DNA from: an uncultured Clostridia bacterium
GTDB lineage: Bacteria > Bacillota > Clostridia > UBA1212 > UBA1255
Length of the DNA stretch: 62,095 nucleotides
Direction of reading: 5' to 3'
Assembly (NCBI GenBank): GCA_947625435.1
Contig: CANQOI010000004.1
Location: forward strand, 1-62,095
The notes under the pieces were generated by a model. It saw nothing but the letters and a program-made list of their open reading frames with translations, was not told the origin of the DNA and searched no databases. Numbering within the stretch: the stretch's first letter is position 1; every line of letters begins with the position of its first letter. Positions 7,867 to 17,252 of this stretch are shown here, in pieces. Both the position numbers and the translations under genes were made by a program.

Positions 7867-8481
7867 ATGGCAGAATGGGTCATCAAAGTGTCCGCCGCTG
7901 CGGCGGCACTTACCGCCGCGGGATATATTTTACCGAAGGGAGGATTAAAAAATGCCGCAATGTTGGCGCTCGGCTTTTTGTTCCTGACGGTGCTCATGCC
8001 TCCCGTCAGGAGCCTTGCGGAGGATCTCATGAGCGAAAAGCTGATTCTCGAGGCCGAAAGGGACGCCCTTGCGCACGTCGCCGATGAGGAAGATATCACT
8101 TCCGAGATAATGAAAAGCTATAAGGAACGCATAGCGGGCGAGATAACGGCTTCTCTTGCCAAAATATCAGTTTCGTGCGAAAACGTGAGCGTTACGGTGG
8201 ATGAACTCGCGGATTCCGAAACATTCGGGTACGTTCTTGCCGTATCGTGCGACATATACGCGGAAGAGGAGCAGAGCGGCGGGAGCACGGACAGAGTCAC
8301 CGTGCCCGAAATAGTGATAGATCTTGACGGCATACGGGTCGAAAATGACGCAGATGCCGGAAGCGACGGCAAAGAGAGCGCATTCATACGTGAAATGACA
8401 GCGAAAGCCGTAAATGCGATAGCAGCCGTGACGGGAACAGATACAGAAAATATACATGTGAAATGGAGTGACGAACAATGA
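7867..8481 (+). CDS. spoIIIAF: Stage III sporulation protein AF
   Basis: Sixth operon position, with two N-terminal TM helices and an acidic C-terminal domain. Confidence 0.75.
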   Translation: MAEWVIKVSAAAAALTAAGYILPKGGLKNAAMLALGFLFLTVLMPPVRSLAEDLMSEKLILEAERDALAHVADEEDITSEIMKSYKERIAGEITASLAKISVSCENVSVTVDELADSETFGYVLAVSCDIYAEEEQSGGSTDRVTVPEIVIDLDGIRVENDADAGSDGKESAFIREMTAKAVNAIAAVTGTDTENIHVKWSDEQ

Positions 8482-9092
8482 GACCGAAGATCGGATCGAA
8501 GATCAGATTTGATTTCAGGAAACTTAAGCCCTACAAGCCCGAGATCGCCGTGGCGCTCACGGGAGCGGTGCTCATGCTCATAGGAGGCATAGCGGACGCG
8601 CCCGCCGGAAACCGAGGATCGGCCTCCGAAAATGCGGGTAACAGCACGTCCATGTCTGAATCCTACGCCGGTACCGACGCGCTTTCGGCGGCGGATGCGC
8701 GCGGATATGCAAGATACTACGAATATCAGATCGAATCGCTGCTTGAGAGCATGGAGGGCATAAGCGGCGTGACCGCGGCCGTGCATGTCAAAAGCGGCGA
8801 GAGCGGGATCCCCGCAGAAAACGTATCCTGCGACGACAGCGTCACGGAAGAGACGGACTCTCAGGGAGGCAAAAGACAGGAGCGCAAGGCCGTTTCCGAT
8901 AAGAACGCCGTTATCGTAAAAGACGCCTCGGGAAACGAATCGGTAGTATATATTTCACGGAACGCTCCCGAGATAGCTGGTATCGCCGTGTCCGTAAGGG
9001 GAGGCGCTTCCGCTTCCGCACAGGAAAAGATAAAGCTCGCGCTCATGTCCCTTTATGATATTCCCGCAAGTAAGATCAGCATAACGGGATGA
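8478..9092 (+). CDS. spoIIIAG: Stage III sporulation protein AG
   Basis: Seventh operon position. The C-terminus PEIAGIAVSVRGGASASAQEKIKLALMSLYDIPASKISI matches the SpoIIIAG ring-forming domain pattern. Confidence 0.8.
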   Translation: MRPKIGSKIRFDFRKLKPYKPEIAVALTGAVLMLIGGIADAPAGNRGSASENAGNSTSMSESYAGTDALSAADARGYARYYEYQIESLLESMEGISGVTAAVHVKSGESGIPAENVSCDDSVTEETDSQGGKRQERKAVSDKNAVIVKDASGNESVVYISRNAPEIAGIAVSVRGGASASAQEKIKLALMSLYDIPASKISITG

Positions 9093-9139
9093 TCCCGCGC
9101 ATATATAAATACAAGTAAAATAAAAAGGAGTGCGTATGT

Positions 9140-9721
9140 ATGAAATTTAATGTTTTTGGGAAGCTGAAGGATCTGTCCATGAGAACGAAGCGCATCGCGG
9201 CGCTGGTGATCTGCCTGTCGCTGCTCACTGTCGCGATAGTGCAGAATATGAAGCCCGAAAGCGCCGAGGCGGGCGGAGACGCACCTGACGGGGACGTGAA
9301 CATAAGCGTAGGCGGGAGCACGGAAAATACCGACCTTGACACAGATACGGGCGTAATGAAGGTGAGCGACGCGGAGGAGTATTTCGCGGCCATAAGACTC
9401 AACCGGCTCAATTCGAGAAGCCGGACGGAGGAAAGCTGCAATGAGATAATAGAGAGCGAAACGGCGAGCGAATCGAACGTGGCGGATGCGGTGGCGGCGA
9501 TAGAGGATCTCAGGAAGATATCTCAGATGGAAAATGACGTTGAGACTGCCGTCAGAGCAAGAGGCTACGGCGATGTTTTCACGAGCATTGAAAAAGACTG
9601 CATTTACATAACGGTACTGTCCGAATCTCTTGACGAAGCGGAGGTGTCCGCCATAGCGTCGTCCGCTTCCGGCATAACCGGTTATCCGATCGAAGGAATA
9701 ATATTAAAAGGTGTATATTAA
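9140..9721 (+). CDS. spoIIIAH: Stage III sporulation protein AH
   Basis: Eighth operon position, with an N-terminal TM segment, the FAAIRLNRLNSRSRTEE motif and a YscJ/FliF-like C-terminal part. Confidence 0.75.
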   Translation: MKFNVFGKLKDLSMRTKRIAALVICLSLLTVAIVQNMKPESAEAGGDAPDGDVNISVGGSTENTDLDTDTGVMKVSDAEEYFAAIRLNRLNSRSRTEESCNEIIESETASESNVADAVAAIEDLRKISQMENDVETAVRARGYGDVFTSIEKDCIYITVLSESLDEAEVSAIASSASGITGYPIEGIILKGVY

Positions 9722-9810
9722 TGTTGAAATTTCTGTAAAAATCCTCTATAATAAATCAGTTACCGTGCGGCTTGAAATATCAGCCGTGCGTACGCTTTGG
9801 AGGGATGTTT

Positions 9811-10704
9811 GTGATAAGGAGTATGACGGGCTTCGGCCGCGGAGAGTTTAAGACGGATCGCGCTCAGTGCGTTGCAGAGATAAAGACCGTAAATCACAGA
9901 TACTCTGATTTTACAATCAAGATGCCGCGCGAGCTTTACCCGCTAGAGGACAGAGTGCGGACCTATCTTAAAGACAGCGTGCAGCGCGGCAAGGCCGATG
10001 TGTATATAACGTATACCGTCTTGTCCGGCCCTCAGAAACGCGTGACCGTGGATGAGATCACTGTGGGCGAATATTTCAGGGCTATGGAGAGCGCCGCAGG
10101 AGATCTGGGATACCGTTTCTCTCCCGATGCGTCCATGCTCTTCAGGATTCCCGATGCCTTCGTGCTCTCGAACGCGGAAACGGATACGGATGAGGCATGG
10201 GAGGTATTGTCGCAGGCTCTTTCGGCGGCGTGCGGCAGTCTTACGGCGATGAGGACAAAGGAGGGCGCCAAGCTCGCGGGAGAGCTGCGGAATATTTTGA
10301 GCAATACGGAGCTCCTTTTCACACGTGTAAGAGACAGGAGCCCTTTGGTGCCGCTTGAATACAGAGAAAAGCTGACGGCCCGCATACGGGAGCTCCTCGG
10401 AGATGTGCCGACAGACGAGCAGAGGATAGCCGCCGAGACGGCGATGTTTGCGGACAAATGCAGCATAGATGAGGAGATAGCGAGATTTGACAGCCATATT
10501 AAGCAGTTCTCCGACATACTTTCGGATACCGATTCGGACAGGGCCGAGCCCTGCGGACGGAAGCTCGATTTTATAGTTCAGGAAATGAACAGGGAAGTCA
10601 ATACGATGGGCTCCAAGGCAAATGACATTGAGATAACGAACAACGTGATAGCCTTAAAGAGCGAGATAGAGAAGCTGAGGGAACAGATACAGAATCTGGA
10701 ATGA
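9811..10704 (+). CDS. yicC: YicC/YloC-family stress-induced protein (endoribonuclease family)
   Basis: The IRSMTGFGRGE start and a C-terminal DFIVQEMNREVNTMGSKAND motif. GTG 9811 follows the GGAGGGA SD; ATG 9805 or 9826 are alternatives. Confidence 0.85.
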   Translation: MIRSMTGFGRGEFKTDRAQCVAEIKTVNHRYSDFTIKMPRELYPLEDRVRTYLKDSVQRGKADVYITYTVLSGPQKRVTVDEITVGEYFRAMESAAGDLGYRFSPDASMLFRIPDAFVLSNAETDTDEAWEVLSQALSAACGSLTAMRTKEGAKLAGELRNILSNTELLFTRVRDRSPLVPLEYREKLTARIRELLGDVPTDEQRIAAETAMFADKCSIDEEIARFDSHIKQFSDILSDTDSDRAEPCGRKLDFIVQEMNREVNTMGSKANDIEITNNVIALKSEIEKLREQIQNLE

Positions 10705-10737
10705 CACATTAACGCACGGGGAGCATTAAAGAGAGAT

Positions 10738-11001
10738 ATGAAACTACTCAATATCGGTTACGGAAATTTTGTACAGGCCGATAAGATAATAGCGATAGTC
10801 AGCCCGGATGCGGCGCCGGTAAAGCGTATCGTACAGGAGAGCAAGGACCGTTCGATGTGCATCGACGCCACGTCCGGAAGGAAGACGCGCTCCGTCATAA
10901 TAACGGACAGCGAGCATGTCGTGCTGTCGGCGCTCCAGACGGAGACGGTCGCCGCCAGAATGGAAGACGACGAGTACAGCGATGTCGGAGGTGTGATGTG
11001 A
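10738..11001 (+). CDS. remA: RemA/DUF370-family regulator
   Basis: [63 protein letters not shown] is the conserved RemA sequence, in yicC-remA-gmk synteny. Confidence 0.9.
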   Translation: MKLLNIGYGNFVQADKIIAIVSPDAAPVKRIVQESKDRSMCIDATSGRKTRSVIITDSEHVVLSALQTETVAARMEDDEYSDVGGVM

Positions 11002-11002
11002 A

Positions 11003-11653
11003 ATGTCGCCCGAGGGCATGATCACAGTGATATCCGGTCCTTCCGGTTCAGGTAAGAACAGTGTGATAAAGCTTGCGGCAGCGGAGAACTCCGCACTTTC
11101 ATACGCAACGTCGGCCACGACCCGTGAAATGCGCGCCGGAGAGGCGGAGGGAGTGGATTATTACTACAAGACGCATCGGGAATTTGACAGACTGATAAGC
11201 GCGGGAGATATAATAGAATGGGACGAGTTCCTCGGAAACAGATACGGTACTCTTAAGAGTGAGATAGCTTCAAAGCTGGGGGCAGGTAAGAACCTGATAC
11301 TTGACCTTACGATAGCCGGAGCACTCAGTCTTAAGAATACATTTCCCGAACAGACGGTAACGGTATTCCTGCTGCCCCCTTCGATAGAGGAGCTCGAAAG
11401 ACGCCTTAAGAGCAGGAACCGCGAGAATGACGCCCAGATAAGGGAACGCATATTGTGGGCGGTCACAAAGGAAATCCCGCAGGCGGAAAAATTTGACTAT
11501 GTTGTGATCAACGGAAAGCTTGACAGAGCGAAGGATGAGCTTCTGAACATAATAAATGCGGAAAGGCTCAGATACTCCAGAAACCGTGATATATTGGAAA
11601 GACTTGGACTTGTGGAAGCAAATGTCGCAAAAATGAAAGGAGAAATACAATGA
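11003..11653 (+). CDS. gmk: Guanylate kinase
   Basis: P-loop ISGPSGSGKNS, the YYYKTHREF motif and conserved synteny. Confidence 0.9.
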   Translation: MSPEGMITVISGPSGSGKNSVIKLAAAENSALSYATSATTREMRAGEAEGVDYYYKTHREFDRLISAGDIIEWDEFLGNRYGTLKSEIASKLGAGKNLILDLTIAGALSLKNTFPEQTVTVFLLPPSIEELERRLKSRNRENDAQIRERILWAVTKEIPQAEKFDYVVINGKLDRAKDELLNIINAERLRYSRNRDILERLGLVEANVAKMKGEIQ

Positions 11654-11856
11654 TATATCCTGCTATTTCCGACCTTCTCGATAAGGTGGACAACAGATAC
11701 ACACTCGTTATGGAGATCGCAAAGAGGGCGCGCCAGATAACGGCCGGATCAGAGAGCAGAGTTGCCTGCGGGAGCAGAAAGCCCGTGACGATCGCAGTAA
11801 ATGAGATCAATGAGAATAAGGTGACATACGAGCGTACAAAGGAAGGTATTAAATGA
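11650..11856 (+). CDS. rpoZ: DNA-directed RNA polymerase subunit omega
   Basis: 68 aa, [22 protein letters not shown], located downstream of gmk. Confidence 0.9.
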   Translation: MIYPAISDLLDKVDNRYTLVMEIAKRARQITAGSESRVACGSRKPVTIAVNEINENKVTYERTKEGIK

Positions 11857-11857
11857 T

Positions 11858-13264
11858 ATGAAGACGATGGACAAGATCGTTGCTCTTGCGACCAACAGAG
11901 GTTTTGTTTATCCGGGTTCTCAGATATACGGCGGGCTCGCCAACAGCTGGGATTACGGACCTCTCGGCGTGGAGCTCAAGAACAATGTCAAGAAGGCATG
12001 GTGGAAGAAATTCGTGCAGGAGAGCACTTACAATGTGGGAGTTGACTGCGCCATACTCATGAATCCGCGTGTCTGGGAGGCATCGGGTCACGTGGCGGGC
12101 TTCAACGATCCGCTCATAGACTGCAAGAAGTGCAAGAGCAGACACCGTGCGGACAAGGTCGTGGAGGACTGGAATCACGAACACGGTATAGACGAGCCTG
12201 TCGACGGCTGGTCTAATGATAAGCTCATAGCATATATGAAGGACAATTCAGTACCCTGTCCCGTATGCGGAGGCTGTGACTGGACCGACATACGCAAGTT
12301 CAATATGATGTTCAAGACATTTCAGGGCGTCACGGAGGATTCTCAGTCCGAGATATATCTGAGGCCCGAAACGGCTCAGGGCATATTCGTTAATTTCAGG
12401 AACGTCCAGAGGACAAGCCGCAAGAAGGTGCCCTTCGGCATCGCTCAGATAGGCAAATCCTTCAGAAACGAGATAACGCCCGGTAATTTTACATTCAGGA
12501 CACGCGAATTTGAGCAGATGGAGCTTGAATTCTTCTGCAAGCCCGGCACCGATCTCGAGTGGTTCGAATATTGGAGAGGCTTCTGCAGGGATTGGCTGCT
12601 CGCGCTCGGCATCAAAGAGGAGAATCTGAGGCTTCGCGATCATGCGAAGGAAGAGCTGGCATTTTACAGTAAAGCGACCACCGACTTTGAATATCTGTTC
12701 CCCTTCGGATGGGGAGAGCTCTGGGGAATTGCCGACAGAACGGATTATGACCTTAAGCAGCATATCGAATATTCAAAGGACGATCTTTCTTATTTTGATC
12801 CTGCTACTAACGAGAAGTACGTGCCGTACTGTATAGAGCCGTCTCTGGGCGCCGACCGCGTCACGCTGGCATTTTTGTGCGAGGCGTATGATGAGGAGGA
12901 CATAGGCACTCCGGACAAGCCGGATGTGAGGACCGTGCTCCATTTTCATCCCGCCGTTGCTCCCGTTAAGGTTGCGGTGCTGCCTCTTGTAAAGAAGCTC
13001 TCGGGCGAGGCATATGCGCTCTACGAAAAGCTGAGCAGGCATTTTACGTGCGAATTCGACGAGGCGGGCGCGATAGGCAGAAGGTACAGAAGACAGGACG
13101 AGATAGGAACGCCTTTCTGTATAACATACGATTTTCAGACGAGGGGAGAGGAAGGCGTGCCGGGCGACAACTCGGTGACCGTGCGCTTCCGTGACTCTAT
13201 GGAGCAGATAAGGATCCCCATAGACGAGCTTGAAGAATGGCTTACAAAGCAGATCGAATTCTGA
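11858..13264 (+). CDS. glyQS: Glycine--tRNA ligase (homodimeric class II, GlyQS type)
   Basis: [31 protein letters not shown]... and [13 protein letters not shown] motifs. Confidence 0.95.
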   Translation: MKTMDKIVALATNRGFVYPGSQIYGGLANSWDYGPLGVELKNNVKKAWWKKFVQESTYNVGVDCAILMNPRVWEASGHVAGFNDPLIDCKKCKSRHRADKVVEDWNHEHGIDEPVDGWSNDKLIAYMKDNSVPCPVCGGCDWTDIRKFNMMFKTFQGVTEDSQSEIYLRPETAQGIFVNFRNVQRTSRKKVPFGIAQIGKSFRNEITPGNFTFRTREFEQMELEFFCKPGTDLEWFEYWRGFCRDWLLALGIKEENLRLRDHAKEELAFYSKATTDFEYLFPFGWGELWGIADRTDYDLKQHIEYSKDDLSYFDPATNEKYVPYCIEPSLGADRVTLAFLCEAYDEEDIGTPDKPDVRTVLHFHPAVAPVKVAVLPLVKKLSGEAYALYEKLSRHFTCEFDEAGAIGRRYRRQDEIGTPFCITYDFQTRGEEGVPGDNSVTVRFRDSMEQIRIPIDELEEWLTKQIEF

Positions 13265-13316
13265 TGATTCGGAATATGATATGTTTTTATATATTTTAAG
13301 GAGGTTTTAATACAAA

Positions 13317-15953
13317 ATGGGTAAGAAGTACGTTTACGATTTCAAGGAAGGCAACGGCGGCATGAGAGAGCTGCTCGGCGGTAAAGGCGCCAACCTTGCC
13401 GAAATGACAAATCTCGGAATGCCGGTTCCGCAGGGATTTACTATCACAACTGAAGCATGTACGCAGTATTATGCCGACGGTCAGACGATCAATGATGAAA
13501 TACTTGCGGAAGTTATGGAGCACATTAAGGTGCTTGAGGGGATTTCGGGAAAGAAATTCGGAGATCTTGACAATCCGCTGCTCGTCTCGGTACGCTCCGG
13601 CGCGAGAGCCTCTATGCCCGGCATGATGGACACGATACTTAATCTCGGACTCAATGATGAGGTCGTTGAGAGCTTCGCCAAGAAGACCGGAAATCCGCGC
13701 TTCGCATACGATTCATACCGCCGCTTCATACAGATGTATTCTGACGTTGTCATGGAGGTCGGCAAGAAATATTTTGAACAGCTCATCGATAAGATGAAGG
13801 AAGAAAAGGGCGTTAAGCTGGACACGGAGCTGAATGCCGCGGATCTTAAGGAGCTGGCACGCCTCTTTAAGGCTGAATATAAGGATAAGATAGGCGAAGA
13901 TTTCCCGAGCGATCCTTTAGATCAGCTCAAGGGCGCCATAAAGGCCGTTTTCCGTTCATGGGACAACCCGAGAGCTATCTACTACAGAAGGATGAACGAT
14001 ATACCTTCCAGCTGGGGAACGGCGGTAAACGTACAGATGATGGTATTCGGAAATATGGGCAATACATCAGGAACGGGCGTTGCTTTCTCGAGGAACCCCG
14101 CAACGGGCGAGAAGAAGCTCTACGGCGAATATCTCATGAACGCTCAGGGCGAGGATGTTGTGGCCGGTGTCAGGACGCCTCAGACGATAGATCAGCTCAA
14201 GGCTGAGAATCCCGATGTGTACAAGCAGTTCTACGATATAGTTTACAAGCTCGAGAATCACTATAAGGACATGCAGGACATGGAGTTCACGATAGAAGAG
14301 GGCAAGCTCTACATGCTCCAGACGAGGAACGGCAAGAGAACGGCTGCCGCTGCTCTCAAGATAGCATGCGATCTGGTAGACGAGGGCATGATCACTCCCG
14401 AACAGGCTGTCCTCATGATAGACCCCAAGCAGCTCGACGCTCTCCTTCATCCTCAGTTCGAGGCATCTGCTCTTAAGAAGGCGGAGCCCATAGGAGAGGC
14501 TCTTCCCGCTTCACCGGGAGCTGCCTGCGGCAAGGTCGTATTTACCGCCGAGGACGCTACGGATTGGGCTGTGAACAAGAAGGAGAAGGTCGTTCTCGTT
14601 CGTCTTGAAACATCCCCCGAGGATATCGAGGGCATGCATTACGCTCAGGGAATACTCACCGTAAGAGGCGGTATGACGAGCCATGCGGCCGTTGTCGCAA
14701 GAGGCATGGGAACATGCTGCGTTTCCGGCTGCGGCGCCATAAAGATAGACGAGGAGAAGAAGGTATTCTCACTGGGCGGCAAGACATTCCATGAGGGCGA
14801 TTACATTTCACTCGACGGATCCACCGGTAAAATATACGGCGAAGCCATACCCACAGTGGACGCTTCCATTTCAGGCGACTTTGAACGTATAATGAACTGG
14901 GCGGACAGCTTCAGAAAGCTGAACGTAAGGACTAATGCGGACACACCGAAGGATGCAAAGCAGGCATTCGCTTTCGGCGCGGAGGGAATAGGACTCTGCC
15001 GCACGGAGCACATGTTCTTTGATCCCGACAGGATAGCCGCCATGCGTGAAATGATAGTTTCAAAGACTGTTGAGCAGAGAAAGGTAGCTCTCAATAAGCT
15101 CCTTCCCATGCAGAGAGGCGACTTCGAACAGCTTTACGAGGCTATGGAGGGAAGACCGGTAACTATACGTTTCCTGGATCCTCCGCTTCACGAATTCCTG
15201 CCTACGGCAGAGGAGGACATCGCGGCTCTTGCGGCGGAGATGAAGCTTGACGTGGCCGAGCTCAAGGGCGTCATAAGCGCTCTCCACGAGTTCAATCCCA
15301 TGATGGGACACAGAGGCTGCCGTCTTGCTGTTTCATATCCTGAGATCGCTGAAATGCAGACGACTGCCGTTATAGAGGCTGCCATAAATACTCAGAAGAA
15401 GCATCCCGATTGGACGGTAGTACCCGAGATAATGATACCTCTTGTAGGCGAGGTTAAGGAGCTTGCTTTCGTTAAGGGTGTTGTAACAGGCACGGCCGAC
15501 AAGATAATAGCGGAGAGCGGACTTGAGCTTCATTACAAGGTGGGAACCATGATAGAGATACCCAGAGCCGCTATCACAGCCGATGAGATAGCTCAGGAAG
15601 CGGAATTCTTCAGCTTCGGTACGAATGACCTCACTCAGATGACGTTCGGCTTCAGCCGCGACGATGCAGGCGCGTTCCTCGGTTCTTATTATGATAAGAA
15701 GATTTACGAGAACGATCCCTTCGCTAAGCTCGATCAGCACGGCGTAGGCAAGCTCGTTAAGATAGCAGCTGAGCTCGGAAGAAAGACCCGTCCCGACATT
15801 AAGCTCGGCATATGCGGTGAGCACGGCGGCGATCCTTCAACCGTTGAGTTCTGCCACAAGGTAGGCCTCAACTATGTTTCATGCTCGCCTTTCCGCGTTC
15901 CGATAGCTCGCCTTGCGGCGGCGCAGGCAGCGCTTAAGGATGGCAAGAACTGA
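13317..15953 (+). CDS. ppdK: Pyruvate, phosphate dikinase
   Basis: 878 aa with LLGGKGANLAEM, the phospho-His region GGMTSHAAVVARGMG and the C-terminal PEP-utilising GTNDLTQ motif. Confidence 0.95.
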   Translation: MGKKYVYDFKEGNGGMRELLGGKGANLAEMTNLGMPVPQGFTITTEACTQYYADGQTINDEILAEVMEHIKVLEGISGKKFGDLDNPLLVSVRSGARASMPGMMDTILNLGLNDEVVESFAKKTGNPRFAYDSYRRFIQMYSDVVMEVGKKYFEQLIDKMKEEKGVKLDTELNAADLKELARLFKAEYKDKIGEDFPSDPLDQLKGAIKAVFRSWDNPRAIYYRRMNDIPSSWGTAVNVQMMVFGNMGNTSGTGVAFSRNPATGEKKLYGEYLMNAQGEDVVAGVRTPQTIDQLKAENPDVYKQFYDIVYKLENHYKDMQDMEFTIEEGKLYMLQTRNGKRTAAAALKIACDLVDEGMITPEQAVLMIDPKQLDALLHPQFEASALKKAEPIGEALPASPGAACGKVVFTAEDATDWAVNKKEKVVLVRLETSPEDIEGMHYAQGILTVRGGMTSHAAVVARGMGTCCVSGCGAIKIDEEKKVFSLGGKTFHEGDYISLDGSTGKIYGEAIPTVDASISGDFERIMNWADSFRKLNVRTNADTPKDAKQAFAFGAEGIGLCRTEHMFFDPDRIAAMREMIVSKTVEQRKVALNKLLPMQRGDFEQLYEAMEGRPVTIRFLDPPLHEFLPTAEEDIAALAAEMKLDVAELKGVISALHEFNPMMGHRGCRLAVSYPEIAEMQTTAVIEAAINTQKKHPDWTVVPEIMIPLVGEVKELAFVKGVVTGTADKIIAESGLELHYKVGTMIEIPRAAITADEIAQEAEFFSFGTNDLTQMTFGFSRDDAGAFLGSYYDKKIYENDPFAKLDQHGVGKLVKIAAELGRKTRPDIKLGICGEHGGDPSTVEFCHKVGLNYVSCSPFRVPIARLAAAQAALKDGKN

Positions 15954-16003
15954 TATATCGGCACTTCTCAAGCTTCACTTTGACACTTGAGTATGCACGG
16001 AAA

Positions 16004-16046
16004 GATCCCCGATCGCAGTCATGCAGTCGGGGATCTTGTTTGTTTT
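16004..16046 (+). terminator. Rho-independent terminator of ppdK
   Basis: GATCCCCGA (16004-16012) pairs with TCGGGGATC (16027-16035), followed by TTGTTTGTTTT. Confidence 0.75.
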
Positions 16047-16138
16047 ACGCTTTCAGCATATCTTCATAGGCAACGAGTGTTACGTTCTCGTTTTCTCTTC
16101 CTATGAACATATTTTGTTTTTAGCTTATTGTCCCAATA

Positions 16139-16167
16139 TTGACAAATATGTCCCAAAGTGTTATATT
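16139..16167 (+). promoter_or_regulatory. Sigma-A-type promoter of the ATPase/protease operon
   Basis: TTGACA (16139-16144) - 17 nt - TATATT (16162-16167). The -35 is bracketed by two TGTCCCAA direct repeats (16129-16136 and 16149-16156). Confidence 0.55.
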
Positions 16168-16202
16168 AAAAAACAAAGAAAATAAAAGGGAGATTGCATA
16201 TC

Positions 16203-17252
16203 ATGAAGAAAAAAAATGTGATAAACTTAATAAAATATTATACAGAAAAGAATGATGCGGGCTTTCGAAATGAAGCATATGAAATTGCTAAAGGATTTGA
16301 TGCTTCTGGAGATTATCAACTTTCGGAGTATATCATGTCCTTATTGTCCAATGTGAATACGTTTGTACCGCAGATGTCGGAGAATGCTTCTCCATTTTTT
16401 GAAAAAATTGGAAGGAATGTAGATATGCTGTTACTTCCGGATGTAATTACCGGTGATTTGTTGGGTGCAGTAAATGCAATTGAACATCATATTGGAATTA
16501 ATAAGTTTTTGTTTCAGGGGGCACCGGGCACCGGAAAGACGGAGGCGGTTAAGCAACTTGCACGGATCTTGAATAGAGATATTTTTATGGTGGATTTTTC
16601 AGCAGTGATTGATAGTAAAATGGGACAGACACAAAAGAATTTATCCATGGTATTTAAGGAAATAAATAGTTTCGTTCAGCCGAATAAGGTAATTGTTATG
16701 TTTGATGAGATCGATGCTTTGGCTATAGATCGAACGAATCAGAATGATCTGCGAGAAATGGGGCGAGTAACCTCTGCTATGTTGAAAGAATTTGACAGGA
16801 TGAATGAAAATGTAGTTTTAGTTGCAACAACTAATCTTTATAAATACTTCGATAAAGCATTAATCAGAAGATTTGATTCAGTCATTGATTTTGATAGATA
16901 TACTCAAGAAGATCTTCTTTCGATTGCAGAGAAGATGTTAGATCAATATCTTGATAAATTAAAACTTGCAAATAGAGATATCCGCTTGTTTCGAAAAATA
17001 ATGAAACTAATGCCACAGATACCGTATCCGGGGGAACTGAAGAATTTGATTAAAACGTCCGTTGCATTTAGTAATCCAAATGACGGTATGGACTATTTTA
17101 GAAGGCTTTACTATGCAGTCTGCAATGAGAAACCGGGAAATTTAAAAAATCTTCAGAGCCAGAAATTTACGGTCAGAGAAATAGAAATACTGGTTGGAAG
17201 ATCAAAAAGTAGTATTGCAAGAGATTTGAAAGAAGGTGTAGTGAATGAATAA
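16203..17252 (+). CDS. ietA: AAA+ ATPase, IetA-like component of an ATPase + S8 protease pair
   Basis: Walker A GAPGTGKTE, Walker B VIVMFDEIDAL and a sensor region VLVATTN. The C-terminal tail FTVREIEILVGRSKSSIARDLKEG looks HTH-like. The gene is AT-rich and overlaps the protease gene by 8 nt. The start is taken at ATG 16203, after the AAGGGAGA SD. Confidence 0.65.
   Translation: MKKKNVINLIKYYTEKNDAGFRNEAYEIAKGFDASGDYQLSEYIMSLLSNVNTFVPQMSENASPFFEKIGRNVDMLLLPDVITGDLLGAVNAIEHHIGINKFLFQGAPGTGKTEAVKQLARILNRDIFMVDFSAVIDSKMGQTQKNLSMVFKEINSFVQPNKVIVMFDEIDALAIDRTNQNDLREMGRVTSAMLKEFDRMNENVVLVATTNLYKYFDKALIRRFDSVIDFDRYTQEDLLSIAEKMLDQYLDKLKLANRDIRLFRKIMKLMPQIPYPGELKNLIKTSVAFSNPNDGMDYFRRLYYAVCNEKPGNLKNLQSQKFTVREIEILVGRSKSSIARDLKEGVVNE

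Noticed and set aside
11650-11900. Expected T-box leader upstream of glyQS
   Set aside because: The glyQS ATG lies 1 nt after the rpoZ stop codon, so there is no room for a leader. The gene is simply co-transcribed with gmk-rpoZ here.
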